Assembly: GCA_965223415.1 (NCBI GenBank)
Contig: OZ245002.1
Coordinates: forward strand, 5,344,001 to 5,408,000
Length of the DNA stretch: 64,000 nt
From: Myxococcota bacterium
Lineage (GTDB): Bacteria; Myxococcota_A; UBA9160; UBA6930
Reading direction: 5' to 3'
Numbering within the stretch: the stretch's first letter is position 1; each line of letters opens with the position of its first letter. Shown here piece by piece: positions 19,195 to 29,481 of the stretch. The position numbers were made by a program, and so were the translations under genes. Under the pieces are notes generated by a model, which was not told where the DNA came from, ran no database searches, and was given only the letters and a program-made list of their open reading frames with translations.

Positions 19195-20073
19195 ATGGCC
19201 AGCCCCGAGCTCGAGAAGTTCCTCTCGAGGTTCCCCCAATCGATGATGGACGCGGCGGATCCGCTCGAGACCGTCATCGCGAAGATGAAGGCGATCCATC
19301 CCCGCGGCCATCGCGAAACGAGCACGGTCGAGCACCTGGAGCTCGCAGGGGTTCCGAGCGCGTGGGTGTCGACCCCGGAGTCCGACCCCGGACGCACGGT
19401 CTTCTTCGTCCACGGCGGAGCCTTCGTCTCCACCGGCCTGGACGAGTACTACTCCTATGCCGAGAGCGTCGCGAGCTTCTGCAACGCCCGGGTCCTGGTG
19501 TTCGCCTATACCCTCGCGCCTGGGATGCAGTTCCCGGGCCAGCTCGACCAGACGGTGGCAGTCTGGCGCGCGGCGGGGATGGACCCGAAGCGAAGTGCCT
19601 TCATGGGGGACTCTTGCGGCGGCGGGATCGCGCTGGCCGCGCTGTGTCGCCTCCGCGACGACGGGAGTGCCCTGCCCGCCTGCTACGCCGGGCTGACGCC
19701 GTGGCTCGACGGCCAGCAGCAAGGCGACGCGGCCTGCCATCCGCGCGGCGTCGACCCCTTCGTGAACGCGCCCTGGATCCGGGCTCGTTTCCGCGACTAC
19801 GCGGGCGATCACCCGCTCGACGATCCGAGGCTCTCGCCGGTCCACGCCGACCTGCGCGGCCTGCCCCCCCTTTACCTCGGCGTCGGTCACGTCGACACGG
19901 TCTGCGACGACGCGACCCGGCTCGCGGCTCGGGCGGGACAGGCGGGTGTCGAGGTCCTGCTCGATCTGTGCGCCGACGGGATCCACGGCATTCACGGTCT
20001 CGCCGGGATGTGCCCCGAGGCGACAGCGGCGATGGTGCGCGTCGGCGAGTTCGTGCGCCGCTACGCGCCCTGA
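19195..20073 (+). CDS. HSL-family esterase (alpha/beta hydrolase_3)
   Basis: HGGAF, YTLAP, GDSCGG, LSPVHADLRGLPP; GGAGGA RBS. Confidence 0.88.
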   Translation: MASPELEKFLSRFPQSMMDAADPLETVIAKMKAIHPRGHRETSTVEHLELAGVPSAWVSTPESDPGRTVFFVHGGAFVSTGLDEYYSYAESVASFCNARVLVFAYTLAPGMQFPGQLDQTVAVWRAAGMDPKRSAFMGDSCGGGIALAALCRLRDDGSALPACYAGLTPWLDGQQQGDAACHPRGVDPFVNAPWIRARFRDYAGDHPLDDPRLSPVHADLRGLPPLYLGVGHVDTVCDDATRLAARAGQAGVEVLLDLCADGIHGIHGLAGMCPEATAAMVRVGEFVRRYAP

Positions 20074-20121
20074 GGACGCGATGCGCGGTGCCCTGCGCGC
20101 CTCGAGCCGCCCGTGCATCGC

Positions 20122-21180
20122 TCAGGCCCCCGTCATTCGACGAAGGGTCTCGGCCTCGGCCGGATCGAACGGCCGACCGTCCGCGCGCAGCAGGTCGTGA
20201 TGCCAGACCTCGGGCTCGGGTGTCCCCTCCCGGTCCTCCCAGCCGAAGATCGTCTGGGTGCGGCCGGACACGAGCCCCCAGCAGAAGCAGCCCACCCGCT
20301 GCTCGCGGAAGATCGGCAGGTGGGTCTCGAAGCGGCTTCCCCGCGAGCGCGCCATCCACTCCGTGCACAGGAGAGGCCGGCGATGCGCCTGCAGGGAGCG
20401 GATCCGCTCTTCGAGCTTCTCGGCGCTCGCGTACTGGTGGAACGAGACGACGTCCGACGCCTCGAGCTGGAAGCGATTGAGCCGCGGGTTCGGCGCCCAG
20501 AGGCCGGCCGTGAGCGGCTGCGCGGGGTCGACCGATCGCGCCCACCCGAAGGCCGCGCGCAGGAGCGCGAGGGACGGACTCGTCAGCACGAAGTGACGGA
20601 CGACACGCGAGATCGCTCCTGGCAGGCTCCGGCGGGTCGGCAGGGTCGCGAGGGGGAGGAACGCGTTCCCGGGCTCGTTGTAGAGGTCCCACACGCAGAC
20701 GCGTTCGTCCCGTCCGAACGCGTCCAGCACCTCCTTCACGTAGCGCTCCAGCCGCCCCCACTGGCCGGGGTCGCGGACCACGTGGTGACCCGGCGACTGG
20801 GCCCATCGCGAGTTGTGCACACCCAGGATCGGATCGGGCTGGGGGCCGGCCTGCGGCGGGAACCAGCAGTCGTCGAAGAGCACGAGCATCGTCCTGATTC
20901 CACGGTCCGAAGCCAACGAGAGGAAGCGATCGACCCGCTCCAGGAGCCCGCTCGCGTCCTGCTCCCAGACGAGGTCGTGGAGGAAGACCCGGACGCCATT
21001 GATGCCGAGCTCCGACGCCCAGCCGAGCTCCCGCCCGATGGTGTCGGGATCGAAGGTCTCGCCCTGCCACATCTCGAGCTGGTTCACGGCCGTGCTGGGA
21101 GTGAAGTTACAGCCGACCCACCAAGGCTGCTCGGCGGACCAGCGCGCGGCCCGGTCCTCGCTCCAGCGCGTCGCCATCAT
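20122..21180 (-). CDS. GH5-like (clan GH-A) glycoside hydrolase
   Basis: AVNQLEMWQ, RVFLHD, WDLYNEP (acid/base), SFHQY, CTEWMAR (nucleophile). Confidence 0.82.
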   Translation of the reverse strand: MMATRWSEDRAARWSAEQPWWVGCNFTPSTAVNQLEMWQGETFDPDTIGRELGWASELGINGVRVFLHDLVWEQDASGLLERVDRFLSLASDRGIRTMLVLFDDCWFPPQAGPQPDPILGVHNSRWAQSPGHHVVRDPGQWGRLERYVKEVLDAFGRDERVCVWDLYNEPGNAFLPLATLPTRRSLPGAISRVVRHFVLTSPSLALLRAAFGWARSVDPAQPLTAGLWAPNPRLNRFQLEASDVVSFHQYASAEKLEERIRSLQAHRRPLLCTEWMARSRGSRFETHLPIFREQRVGCFCWGLVSGRTQTIFGWEDREGTPEPEVWHHDLLRADGRPFDPAEAETLRRMTGA

Positions 21181-21204
21181 CGCGGCTCCCCTCGCGCGGT
21201 CGGC

Positions 21205-22599
21205 TCAGAAGACGCGGAAGCGCTTCTGGACGTGCCGTTGGCGCACGCGGATCGCCTCCCGTCGCTCGGCCGGCGTCACCCGCGGCTGGTCTCCGGGGAA
21301 TGCGTCCGTAATCTCGTCGAAGCGGAGCTTGCGCGCCGAGATACGCGGCCAGTCCTCCTTCGCGGGGAGCTCCGCGTAGGCCCAGCGATGGGAGAGGAAG
21401 CCCCGCGGCACCCCGGTCGTATCGATCCAGTTCTGGACGCCCGGGTCGCGGTGAGCGACGACCCACCGCTGCACCCGATCCGCGCCCATGTACATCTGAT
21501 GGCGGTTCAGGCTGCTCTGGTGGTTGGCGTAGTCGGGCGACTCCCCCCAGAGGGTGCCGAGGTGCATGCTCGTGTAGACGGGGTCGCCGGTGAACGTCGC
21601 CTCGACGTAGAGGGCGTCGTCCTCCGCCAGGTCGTAGATGCCGCCGGCGTAGATGTTCGTGCTCATGCCGCCACCGGTATCGCTCGAGGCCGCGTTGGGC
21701 TCGTTGTAGGCGTTCACGGGCATGAAGTACGGACGCCCATCGTGCTCGTGCGTCTGGTTGCAGTTGAGGACGACGTCGTAGAACTCGAGCCAGAAGCGCA
21801 TCTGGCCGCGGACGATGCCGCCCATGCGGCGCAGGTTGGCCGCCGCCTTTCCCGGCGTGAGCGCTACCGGCTGCCCTCCTGCGGTATCGAGACACTCGAT
21901 CGTGAGGTGGATGGGCTCCTCGTTCTCCCAGTCGTAGAAGAGCTGACGTCCGCTCACGTACTCGGCGTGGCGGTCGCCGCCGTCGGGGTTCCGTCGGCTC
22001 GGGGGCTTCTTCGTACGGATGAAGTTGCCCTCGTAGCCCGGCGGCGGCTCGGGCCCGAGCCGCAGCTCGAAGGATCCGTCGTCCTCGAGGCGCAGCGACG
22101 AGGAATCGATCGTGCCGAAGCCGGTCCGAAAGCCCGGCGTGAGCTCGCGCAGATCGCCGCTGTCGCCCGACATGGGGCCGGTGGCGACCTCGAAGATCAG
22201 ATACTGGGGAGCCGCCGGCTTCCCGGGAACACGCGCCTCGCCCCGCCAGTGGCGGAAGTCCTCGGCCCGTCCCGTCACCCGGTAGCTCTTCCGCCCGTCG
22301 ATGGGCGCGTAGAAGTACACGGCGTCGGAGTTCTCGATTGTCGACTTGTTGAAGATCGAGAGCGCATTGCGGAAGGCGGGGAAGTCCGGATCCTCGTGGA
22401 AGGCCCGCTCGATCCCGTGGTGGACGAAGCCCGCCAGGTAGCGGTAGCCCTCGGCGAGCACCCGCGGCGTCGGCGCCGGAGGGAAGTACTTCGGGTCGTC
22501 GATCGTGTCGCGGGCGTCCTGGAGATCGCGGATCAGCTCGTCGAAGGCGGCGCTCAGCTCGTCACGGGCCTCCCGGGTCTCGTCGTCGATCTCGCTCAT
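21205..22599 (-). CDS. Conserved hypothetical protein (DUF1214-like, sulfotransferase-associated)
   Basis: AEGYRYLAG, ENSDAVY, ESPDYANHQSSLN, HRDPGVQNWIDT. Confidence 0.7.
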   Translation of the reverse strand: MSEIDDETREARDELSAAFDELIRDLQDARDTIDDPKYFPPAPTPRVLAEGYRYLAGFVHHGIERAFHEDPDFPAFRNALSIFNKSTIENSDAVYFYAPIDGRKSYRVTGRAEDFRHWRGEARVPGKPAAPQYLIFEVATGPMSGDSGDLRELTPGFRTGFGTIDSSSLRLEDDGSFELRLGPEPPPGYEGNFIRTKKPPSRRNPDGGDRHAEYVSGRQLFYDWENEEPIHLTIECLDTAGGQPVALTPGKAAANLRRMGGIVRGQMRFWLEFYDVVLNCNQTHEHDGRPYFMPVNAYNEPNAASSDTGGGMSTNIYAGGIYDLAEDDALYVEATFTGDPVYTSMHLGTLWGESPDYANHQSSLNRHQMYMGADRVQRWVVAHRDPGVQNWIDTTGVPRGFLSHRWAYAELPAKEDWPRISARKLRFDEITDAFPGDQPRVTPAERREAIRVRQRHVQKRFRVF

Positions 22600-23768
22600 G
22601 TCGTACGCGCCTCCTCTCTCGGCCCGGCCGTCGCGGCGTCGTCCCATCCGAAGCGCTCGAACAGGTCACCGAACTCCTTGCGAATGAAGTCTTCCCCGAG
22701 GCCGAACTCCTCGAGGCTGTAGGAGTAGCTCGTGCGGTGCTTCGACTCCCGCGGGCTCTCGAGGGCGAGCTGCTCGCGGAAGGCGTCGGTCATCGGGAGC
22801 TCGAGCCGCCGATACACCTCCTGGATCGCGCGGGCCGGGTCCGCGGTCAGCTCGTCGTACTCGAGGATCGCGTAGCGCGTGTCCGGGCGGGACTCCAGGA
22901 CCTCGAGCGGATGGCGGTAGTTGTAGGTCGACTGACCGAGGAGCACGTCGAGGCTCTCCTGCTGCCTCCCGTCGTCCCACCCGAGGCGCCGCCACGCGGA
23001 GCGATTGAGCTTGAGGAGGCTCGGGATCGTGGCCCGGGGATCGCGCACGTTGACCACGAAGCGGGCGTCCGGAAACGCGTCGATCAGGGAGGCGATGCGT
23101 CCGGTCCAGTACGGGTTCTTGGAGAGGTGCTGGCGCTCGCTGCCGTTGAGGCAGAGCTGACGGCGCACGAGCTCGCGATAGAACGCGTTCAAGCGCTTCC
23201 GCTTCCGCTCGGGCCAGCGGTCCACGTAGTAGGAATCGAGCTCGCCCATCCCGGGGATGCGGGTCATCCAGAACCCGGACGCCATCGAGTAGAAGAGCGA
23301 GATGTCGTCCTCTTCGGGGAGGTCGAGCCCCATCGTGTGCATGTGACGCGCGGGCCCGTAGCGGCGCTCCTCGAAACGCCGGGCGAGCCCCTCGAGCCGG
23401 CTCCCGAGGAAGCGCCGATCCAGGGACCCCATCGCCCGAATCGCGCGCTTCTGGAGCAGCGAGGGGAAGTAGCACTCCCAGAGGAGGAAGTAGCTGAAGC
23501 GCGACTCGTCCTGGCTCATCAGCCGGAAGGTGAGAGTCGTGCCGGAGCGCGCGTGGCCCAGGATGAACACGGGCTCCCGGACCTCGGTGCGCCGCAGGGA
23601 CGGACACAGGACGGGATCGAGCGCGAAGCAGATGGCGTGGAAGGTCGACGCGATCGGCACTCCGACGAGGAGTGTCGCCAGGGAGCGGAGACGCGCCCGG
23701 ACCGATCGCTCGCTCCAGGCCAACCGGACCAGCCTGCGATAGTTGTCGAAGTCGAAGTGGAAGCGCAT
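22596..23768 (-). CDS. Sulfotransferase family protein
   Basis: PVFILGHARSGTT (5'-PSB loop), LSKNP, FPDARFV...RDP...S. Confidence 0.88.
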   Translation of the reverse strand: MRFHFDFDNYRRLVRLAWSERSVRARLRSLATLLVGVPIASTFHAICFALDPVLCPSLRRTEVREPVFILGHARSGTTLTFRLMSQDESRFSYFLLWECYFPSLLQKRAIRAMGSLDRRFLGSRLEGLARRFEERRYGPARHMHTMGLDLPEEDDISLFYSMASGFWMTRIPGMGELDSYYVDRWPERKRKRLNAFYRELVRRQLCLNGSERQHLSKNPYWTGRIASLIDAFPDARFVVNVRDPRATIPSLLKLNRSAWRRLGWDDGRQQESLDVLLGQSTYNYRHPLEVLESRPDTRYAILEYDELTADPARAIQEVYRRLELPMTDAFREQLALESPRESKHRTSYSYSLEEFGLGEDFIRKEFGDLFERFGWDDAATAGPREEARTT

Positions 23769-23772
23769 ACGC

Positions 23773-24198
23773 CTAGGCCGTCGCCTCCAGGTCGGCAGGG
23801 ACCTCCGCGTCTCCGAGAACGGCCTGGCCATCGAGGGAGCGCACCAACATGAAGCGGCGTTCGGCCGCGGTCGTCTCGCTCGGAAGCCGCATGCGCGCCC
23901 CGGCGGCGTTGTTCGCGAGCACGTCGATCGGTCCGGAGGCGCGGCTCGCCCGTTCGACGGGGTCGGAGCGCGCCGCCTCGGCCGCAAGATCGGCGACGAC
24001 GGCGTCCGCCCGGGCGCCGGCGGCCCGGAGCTCGTCGACCGCTTCCTCGAGGGTGCCCTGGCGACCCCGGCGGGCCCCGGAGCGCGAGGCCGAGAGCACC
24101 ACGGCGGCCCCTTCCGCCGCGAAGCGCCGGGCGATCGCCCGACCGATTCCCCGGCTGACGCCGGTGACGAACGCGGTCCTGCCGTCCAGGGCTCCCAT
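23773..24198 (-). pseudogene. SDR oxidoreductase with in-frame internal deletion
   Basis: TGVSRGIG and NNAA present, only 141 aa, no catalytic YxxxK; jumps from ERRFML to a short tail VRSLDGQ. Confidence 0.75.
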
Positions 24199-24228
24199 GG
24201 CGCGAAGCCTACGCCGCCGGCCGGGCCC

Positions 24229-24269
24229 ATGTCAACGGTGTTGACTCCACTCGGAAGCGGGCGTACCGT
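24229..24269 (+). promoter_or_regulatory. Palindromic operator GTCAAC-N3-GTTGAC overlapping a sigma70-like promoter
   Basis: ATGTCAACGGTGTTGACT at 24229-24246; TTGACT-17bp-TACCGT at 24241-24269. Confidence 0.7.
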
Positions 24270-24277
24270 CATGCCCC

Positions 24278-26188
24278 ATGAGACTCGTCCCCTGCGCCCT
24301 GACCCTCCTCCTCGCAGCCACCGCCGGCCTGGCGTCGCCCGGCTCGACCGACGGCGCCCGCTGCCAAAGCCACCAGCCGGACCGTCAGGTGTTCTGGGGC
24401 GACCTCCACGTCCACACGGCCGTCTCGATGGACGCCTGGATGTTCGGCACCCGGCCGCGTCCCGCAGATGCCTATCGCTTCGCGCGAGGCGAGGCGATCG
24501 GCATCGGACCGCGCGATGCCGAAGAACGACCCGTGCGCGAGGTCCGACTCGAGCGCCCCCTCGACTTCGCCGCCGTCACCGACCACGCCAGCGGGTCGGG
24601 CGGCGTCAAGCTCTGCACCACGCCGGGCAGCGCCGTCTACGACTCGGACGCGTGTCGGGCCTATCGCTCGCCGCTCCAGGTCCAGGGACGTCCGTTGGCC
24701 GAGATCGTGAAGGACATCCGCCAGCGGACGGACGTCGGCCTCGCGTCGCCGGCCGTCTGCGGCGAAGACGGCGCGCGCTGCCGCGCGGCCATGGGCGACG
24801 TCTGGCAGGAGACCCAGCGGGCCGCCGCGGCCTGGAACGACGCGTCGCCCGCCTGCGCGTTCACCACCTTCGTCGCCTACGAGTACACGGCCACGCCGAA
24901 CCTCACGAAGATCCACCGCAACGTGATCTTCCGGAACACGACGGTGCCGCCGCTCCCGATCTCCTACGACGACGAGCCCACCGCGATCGGCCTGTGGCGC
25001 GAGCTGCGCCGGCAGTGCCTCGACGCGGGCACGGGATGCGACGCCCTGGCGATCCCGCACAATCCGAACCTCTCGAACGGCAACCTGTTCGCCATCGAGT
25101 ACGGGGACGCCCAGACCCCCGAGGAGCAGGCCGAGATCGCCCGCCTGCGGGCCGGGCTGGAGCCCCTCGTCGAGATGAGCCAGATGAAGGGCGACTCGGA
25201 ATGCCGGAACGGCATGTGGAACGTCCTGGGCGGAACCGACGAGCTGTGCGGCTTCGAGAAGATGCGCGCCCCCGACACGCCCGATTGCGAGGGCGGCCGG
25301 GGCGAGGGCGCGCTCGGCAACACCGGCTGCATCTCCCGCCGGGATTTCGCCCGCTACGCCCTGGTCGAGGGCCTCATGGAGGCCGAGCGGATCGGGGTGA
25401 ACCCCTTCCCGGTCGGCTTCATCGCCGCGACCGACGGCCACGACGGCACGCCCGGCGCCGTCGAGGAGTGGCGCCAGGATCTGCTCGTCGGCCAGGCGAG
25501 CCCCGGGCCCGGCCGCAACCCGGGCGGGCTCGCGGCGGTGTGGGCAGAGGAGAACTCGCGGGAGGCCCTCTTCGAGGCCCTGCGCCGGAGGGAGACCTAC
25601 GGCACCAGCGGCCCGCGCATGTCCGTGCGCTTCTTCGGCGGCTTCGGGCTTCCCGAGGGCCTCTGCGACGACCCCGCCCTCGTGCGCAAGGGCTACGCCG
25701 GCGGGGTCCCGATGGGCGGCACGCTCGCGGCCGGCGACGCGGGCCAGGCGCCGGCCTTCGTCGTGAGCGCGCTCCGCGACCCGGGAACGCCCGAGCACCC
25801 GGGCGGCCTGCTACAGCGCGTCCAGATCGTGAAGGGCTGGGCCGACCCGGATGGCAGGATCCACCAGCGGGTGATCGACGTGGCGGGCGGAGCCAACGAA
25901 GCCAACGTGGATCCGGCGAGCTGCGCCCCCTCCGGGCCTGGCGCCGAGGCCCTGTGCGGCACGTGGACCGATCCGGAGTTCGATCCCGCACGCGGGGCCG
26001 TCTACTACGCGCGCGTCGTCGAGAATCCCAGCTGTCGGCAGACGGGCTGGGCCTGCCGCCCCGGCGAGAGCCGCCCCGCGTGGTGCGACCTACCGAACGT
26101 CCCGATGACGACCCAGGAGCGCGCCTGGACGTCGCCGATCTGGTACGAGCCCGCCAGGGATGCGCGCGAAGGAGGGGCCCCCGAATGA
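24278..26188 (+). CDS. DUF3604 domain protein, predicted secreted
   Basis: Signal-peptide-like N-terminus; FWGDLHVHT, LDFAAVTDH, HRNVIF, IPHNPNLSNG, YGTSGPR, ERAWTSPIW. Confidence 0.88.
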   Translation: MRLVPCALTLLLAATAGLASPGSTDGARCQSHQPDRQVFWGDLHVHTAVSMDAWMFGTRPRPADAYRFARGEAIGIGPRDAEERPVREVRLERPLDFAAVTDHASGSGGVKLCTTPGSAVYDSDACRAYRSPLQVQGRPLAEIVKDIRQRTDVGLASPAVCGEDGARCRAAMGDVWQETQRAAAAWNDASPACAFTTFVAYEYTATPNLTKIHRNVIFRNTTVPPLPISYDDEPTAIGLWRELRRQCLDAGTGCDALAIPHNPNLSNGNLFAIEYGDAQTPEEQAEIARLRAGLEPLVEMSQMKGDSECRNGMWNVLGGTDELCGFEKMRAPDTPDCEGGRGEGALGNTGCISRRDFARYALVEGLMEAERIGVNPFPVGFIAATDGHDGTPGAVEEWRQDLLVGQASPGPGRNPGGLAAVWAEENSREALFEALRRRETYGTSGPRMSVRFFGGFGLPEGLCDDPALVRKGYAGGVPMGGTLAAGDAGQAPAFVVSALRDPGTPEHPGGLLQRVQIVKGWADPDGRIHQRVIDVAGGANEANVDPASCAPSGPGAEALCGTWTDPEFDPARGAVYYARVVENPSCRQTGWACRPGESRPAWCDLPNVPMTTQERAWTSPIWYEPARDAREGGAPE

Positions 26189-26967
26189 TCCTCGAGGGCA
26201 AGACGATCCTCGTCTCCGGCGTGGGCCCGGGGCTCGGCAGCGAGGTGGCGTCGCGCGTGCTGCGCGACGGTGGACGCGTCGTCGTCGGGGCCCGCAAGGC
26301 CGAGCGTCTCGACGCGATCGCGAAGGAGCTCGACGCGAGCGGCGAGCGCATCCATGCGCACACCTTCGACATCACCGACGAGGAGGCCTGCCGCGGCATC
26401 ATCGCCGCGGCGGAGGAACGCTTCGGACGCCTCGACGGCGTGGCCCAGGTCGCGGCGGCCGAGCCGATGGGTGATCTCGCGAGCACGCCGGCCGAGGACT
26501 TCCGGTGCTCGACCGAGGTCAACGTGATCGGCTCCGTGCAGCTCGTGCGGGCAGCGGCGCCCGCGCTCGAGCGGGCGGCGGGCGGGTCGGTCGTCCTGAT
26601 CGGCTCCCAGTCGACCGACCATCCCCCGCCCACACCGCAGCTCGCCTACTCCGCCTCGAAGGGAGCGCTCCGCGCCGCCGCGATCCACCTGGCCTCGGAG
26701 CTCGGGCCGCGGAAGATCCGCGTCAATACCGTGATCCCGACCTGGATGTGGGGCCCGCCGGTCCAGGGCTGGGTGCGTTGGCAGGCGAAGGAGCGCGGGC
26801 TCTCGGAGAAAGAGATCCACGCGGAGCTCGAAGCCCTGTTCCCGATCGGCGAGGTGCCCGCCGACGACGACGTCGCCGAGGCCGTGGTGGTGTTCCTGAG
26901 CGACCGTCTGCGCATGGTGACCGGCCAGTGCCTGCGCGTGGACGGCGGCCAGCGCATGACGCTCTGA
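26185..26967 (+). CDS. SDR family oxidoreductase
   Basis: SGVGPGLG, YSASK, WMWGPPV, VTGQCLRVDGG. Confidence 0.9.
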   Translation: MILEGKTILVSGVGPGLGSEVASRVLRDGGRVVVGARKAERLDAIAKELDASGERIHAHTFDITDEEACRGIIAAAEERFGRLDGVAQVAAAEPMGDLASTPAEDFRCSTEVNVIGSVQLVRAAAPALERAAGGSVVLIGSQSTDHPPPTPQLAYSASKGALRAAAIHLASELGPRKIRVNTVIPTWMWGPPVQGWVRWQAKERGLSEKEIHAELEALFPIGEVPADDDVAEAVVVFLSDRLRMVTGQCLRVDGGQRMTL

Positions 26968-26985
26968 CGGCTGGAGGAGAGACGA

Positions 26986-27480
26986 ATGGATGCGATCCAG
27001 GAGCTCGTCGAGATCGAGGCGATCAAGAAGCTGAAGGCCCGCTATCAGCGCGCCGTCGACACCAAGGACTGGGAGCTGATGCGAAGCGTCCTGGCCCCCG
27101 ACGCGAAGAGCATCTACAGCGACGGGAAGTACAGCTTCGACGGGCGCGAGGCCATCGTGACGTTCCTGGCGGAAGGCCTGGGCTCTCCCGAGATCCAGTC
27201 GATGCATCACGCCCACACGCCCGAGATCGAGATCACCGGCGACTCGACCGCGACCGGGACCTGGTACCTCGAGGACTTCGTCCTGAGCGCCAGGCCGAGC
27301 GACGACGCCCCCGACGGAACCGTGATGCACGGAACCGGAGTCTACCGCGATGACTACGTCAAGATCGACGGCGCCTGGCACATCCAGCGGACCGGCTACG
27401 AGCGGATCTTCGAGGACCTCCAGCCCCGCGGCCCGGGCTCCCGCCTTCGCACGCGCTGGGACGCGCCGAAGAGCGCCTAG
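26986..27480 (+). CDS. NTF2/SnoaL-like family protein
   Basis: IEAIKKLKARY...DTKDW...HHAHTPEI...ATGTWYLED...YRDDY. Confidence 0.87.
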   Translation: MDAIQELVEIEAIKKLKARYQRAVDTKDWELMRSVLAPDAKSIYSDGKYSFDGREAIVTFLAEGLGSPEIQSMHHAHTPEIEITGDSTATGTWYLEDFVLSARPSDDAPDGTVMHGTGVYRDDYVKIDGAWHIQRTGYERIFEDLQPRGPGSRLRTRWDAPKSA

Positions 27481-27497
27481 GCCCGAAGGACCCGCTG

Positions 27498-28190
27498 ATG
27501 CCGCCGCCGACCCGAACCGCAGGGCGCCGGAAGCCCGCCCTCTCCCGGCCGCTCTCGCGCCGCAAGATCGCAGCCGCCGCGATCGACATCGTGCGCGACG
27601 AAGGGCTGGAAGCCCTCTCCATGCGCAGGGTCGCCGCGGCCTTCGGCGTGGACGTCGCAGCGCTCTATCGACACGTCCGGAACAAGGACGAGCTGCTCGA
27701 GGAGGCCGGCCGCCTCGCCTCGGAGCAGGTCGAGCTCGACGCACCCAAGGAAGGCGACTTCGAGGCGCGCTTCGTCGGCCTGTGTCGCGCCATCCGCGAC
27801 CGCATCGCCGAGCACCCGGAGCTCGGCATCCACTCCGGCGGCTCGCCCTGGGCGACGCCCTTCTTCGCCCGCGCCAACGGCCTCGTCGCCGAGCTGCTCC
27901 ACGAATCCGGGCTCGCCCGCGACGCGCTCGTCCACGCCACCCAGACCGTGCTCCACCTGGTGATCGCCATCGCCCAGAGCCAGGTCCTGGCCAGCGAGAC
28001 GCCCCGCGAGCAGAACCGCGCCTTCGCGAAGACGATCTACGAGTCCCTGCCTGAAGCGGTGCGCCGCGCCTGGCCCACGACCAGCGCCCGGACCGAATGG
28101 TCCGTGGACTTCGACGCCTTCTTCGACTTCGCAGTGCGCGCGCTCCTCGCCGCGCTTCGCGCCGGCGAAACGGCGCTAGCAGGCTGCTGA
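27498..28190 (+). CDS. TetR family regulator; last codons supplied by IS
   Basis: LSMRRVAAAFGVDVAALYRHVRNKDEL; the pre-insertion end reads ...ETALGD*. Confidence 0.9.
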   Translation: MPPPTRTAGRRKPALSRPLSRRKIAAAAIDIVRDEGLEALSMRRVAAAFGVDVAALYRHVRNKDELLEEAGRLASEQVELDAPKEGDFEARFVGLCRAIRDRIAEHPELGIHSGGSPWATPFFARANGLVAELLHESGLARDALVHATQTVLHLVIAIAQSQVLASETPREQNRAFAKTIYESLPEAVRRAWPTTSARTEWSVDFDAFFDFAVRALLAALRAGETALAGC

Positions 28191-29449
28191 AAAACCCTGC
28201 GTTTCCGTGTTCTCGATGGTAGAAGATGGGTCGGGGGGAGAGAGGATGCGCGGCAGCGACCGAGAGCAGGGTTCGATGTTCAGCTACGTCTCGCTGGAGA
28301 CGCGGATTCCGGAGGATCATCCGCTTCGCCCCATGCGGGCGATGGTGGACGAGGCGCTGAGGGGCCTGTCTCGGCGGTTCTCGGAGCTCTACGCGTCGAC
28401 GGGCCGGCCGTCGATCCCACCGGAGCGGCTGCTGCGGGCTCTGTTGCTGCAGGTGCTCTACTCGATCCGGAGTGAGCGCCAGCTGATGGAGCAGCTCGAG
28501 TACAACCTGCTGTTCCGTTGGTTCGTAGGGCTGGGGATGGAGGATGCGGTCTGGGTCCCGACGGTCTTCACGAAGAACCGGGACCGGCTGCTGGAAGGGG
28601 ACGTGGCGGAGGCGTTCTTTGAGGCGGTGCTGGCGCAGGGAAAGGACCACGGCCTTCTGTCGTCGGAGCACTTCACGGTGGATGGCACGCTGATCGAGGC
28701 GTGGGCGAGCCAGAAGAGCTTCCGGGCGAAGGACGGCTCGGGGGACGACGGAGACGACGATCCGGGCAACCCGACGGTGAACTTTCGGGGAGAGCAGCGG
28801 AGCAACGCGACGCACGAATCGACGACGGATCCCGAGGCGCGGCTGGCGCGCAAGAAGGGCCAGACCTCGCAGCTGGCCTACATGGGCCATCTGCTGACGG
28901 AGAACCGCAACGGCCTGATCGTCTCGGCGCTGCTGACGGAGGCCGATGGCTACGCCGAGCGGCTGGCAGCGCTGGAGATGGCGGAGGACGTGGCGGGAAG
29001 GCGCCGGATCACGCTGGGCGGGGACAAGGGCTACGACACCGAGGAGTTCGTGGCGGGCTGCCGGAAGCGCAACATCACGCCGCACGTGGCGCAGCACACG
29101 ACGAATCGGGCCAGCCGGATCGACGGTCGCACGGTCCGTCACGAGGGCTACGCGATCAGCCAGCACAAACGCAAGCGGATCGAGGAGTGCTTCGGTTGGA
29201 TGAAGACGGTCGGGGGAATGCGAAAGACGCGTCACCGGGGCACGGATCGGGTCGGGTGGATGTTCGTCTTCACGGCGGCGGTCTACAACCTGGTCCGCAT
29301 ACGCAACCTCGTAGAGGTCACATGACGCACCTGCATCGAGACGAGGTACCCCGGATCACTTCCGGGATCGAAGAGCGAGCCGAGCGGGCCGCGGGGACCC
29401 GCGCCCTCTGGCGTTCTGGCGCCTCTCAGCGCCGAATTTCAGCAGCCTG
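28180..29449 (+). mobile_element. IS5-family insertion sequence (1270 bp)
   Basis: TIRs CAGGCTGCTGAAA / TTTCAGCAGCCTG; CTAG duplication at 28176-28179 and 29450-29453. Confidence 0.92.
28246..29325 (+). CDS. IS5-family DDE transposase
   Basis: GRPSIPPERLLRALLLQ, VDGTLIEAWAS, GDKGYD, RKRIEECFGW. Confidence 0.93.
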   Translation: MRGSDREQGSMFSYVSLETRIPEDHPLRPMRAMVDEALRGLSRRFSELYASTGRPSIPPERLLRALLLQVLYSIRSERQLMEQLEYNLLFRWFVGLGMEDAVWVPTVFTKNRDRLLEGDVAEAFFEAVLAQGKDHGLLSSEHFTVDGTLIEAWASQKSFRAKDGSGDDGDDDPGNPTVNFRGEQRSNATHESTTDPEARLARKKGQTSQLAYMGHLLTENRNGLIVSALLTEADGYAERLAALEMAEDVAGRRRITLGGDKGYDTEEFVAGCRKRNITPHVAQHTTNRASRIDGRTVRHEGYAISQHKRKRIEECFGWMKTVGGMRKTRHRGTDRVGWMFVFTAAVYNLVRIRNLVEVT

Positions 29450-29481
29450 CTAGGGGACTGAGCCGATCAGGAGGCCGAGAG

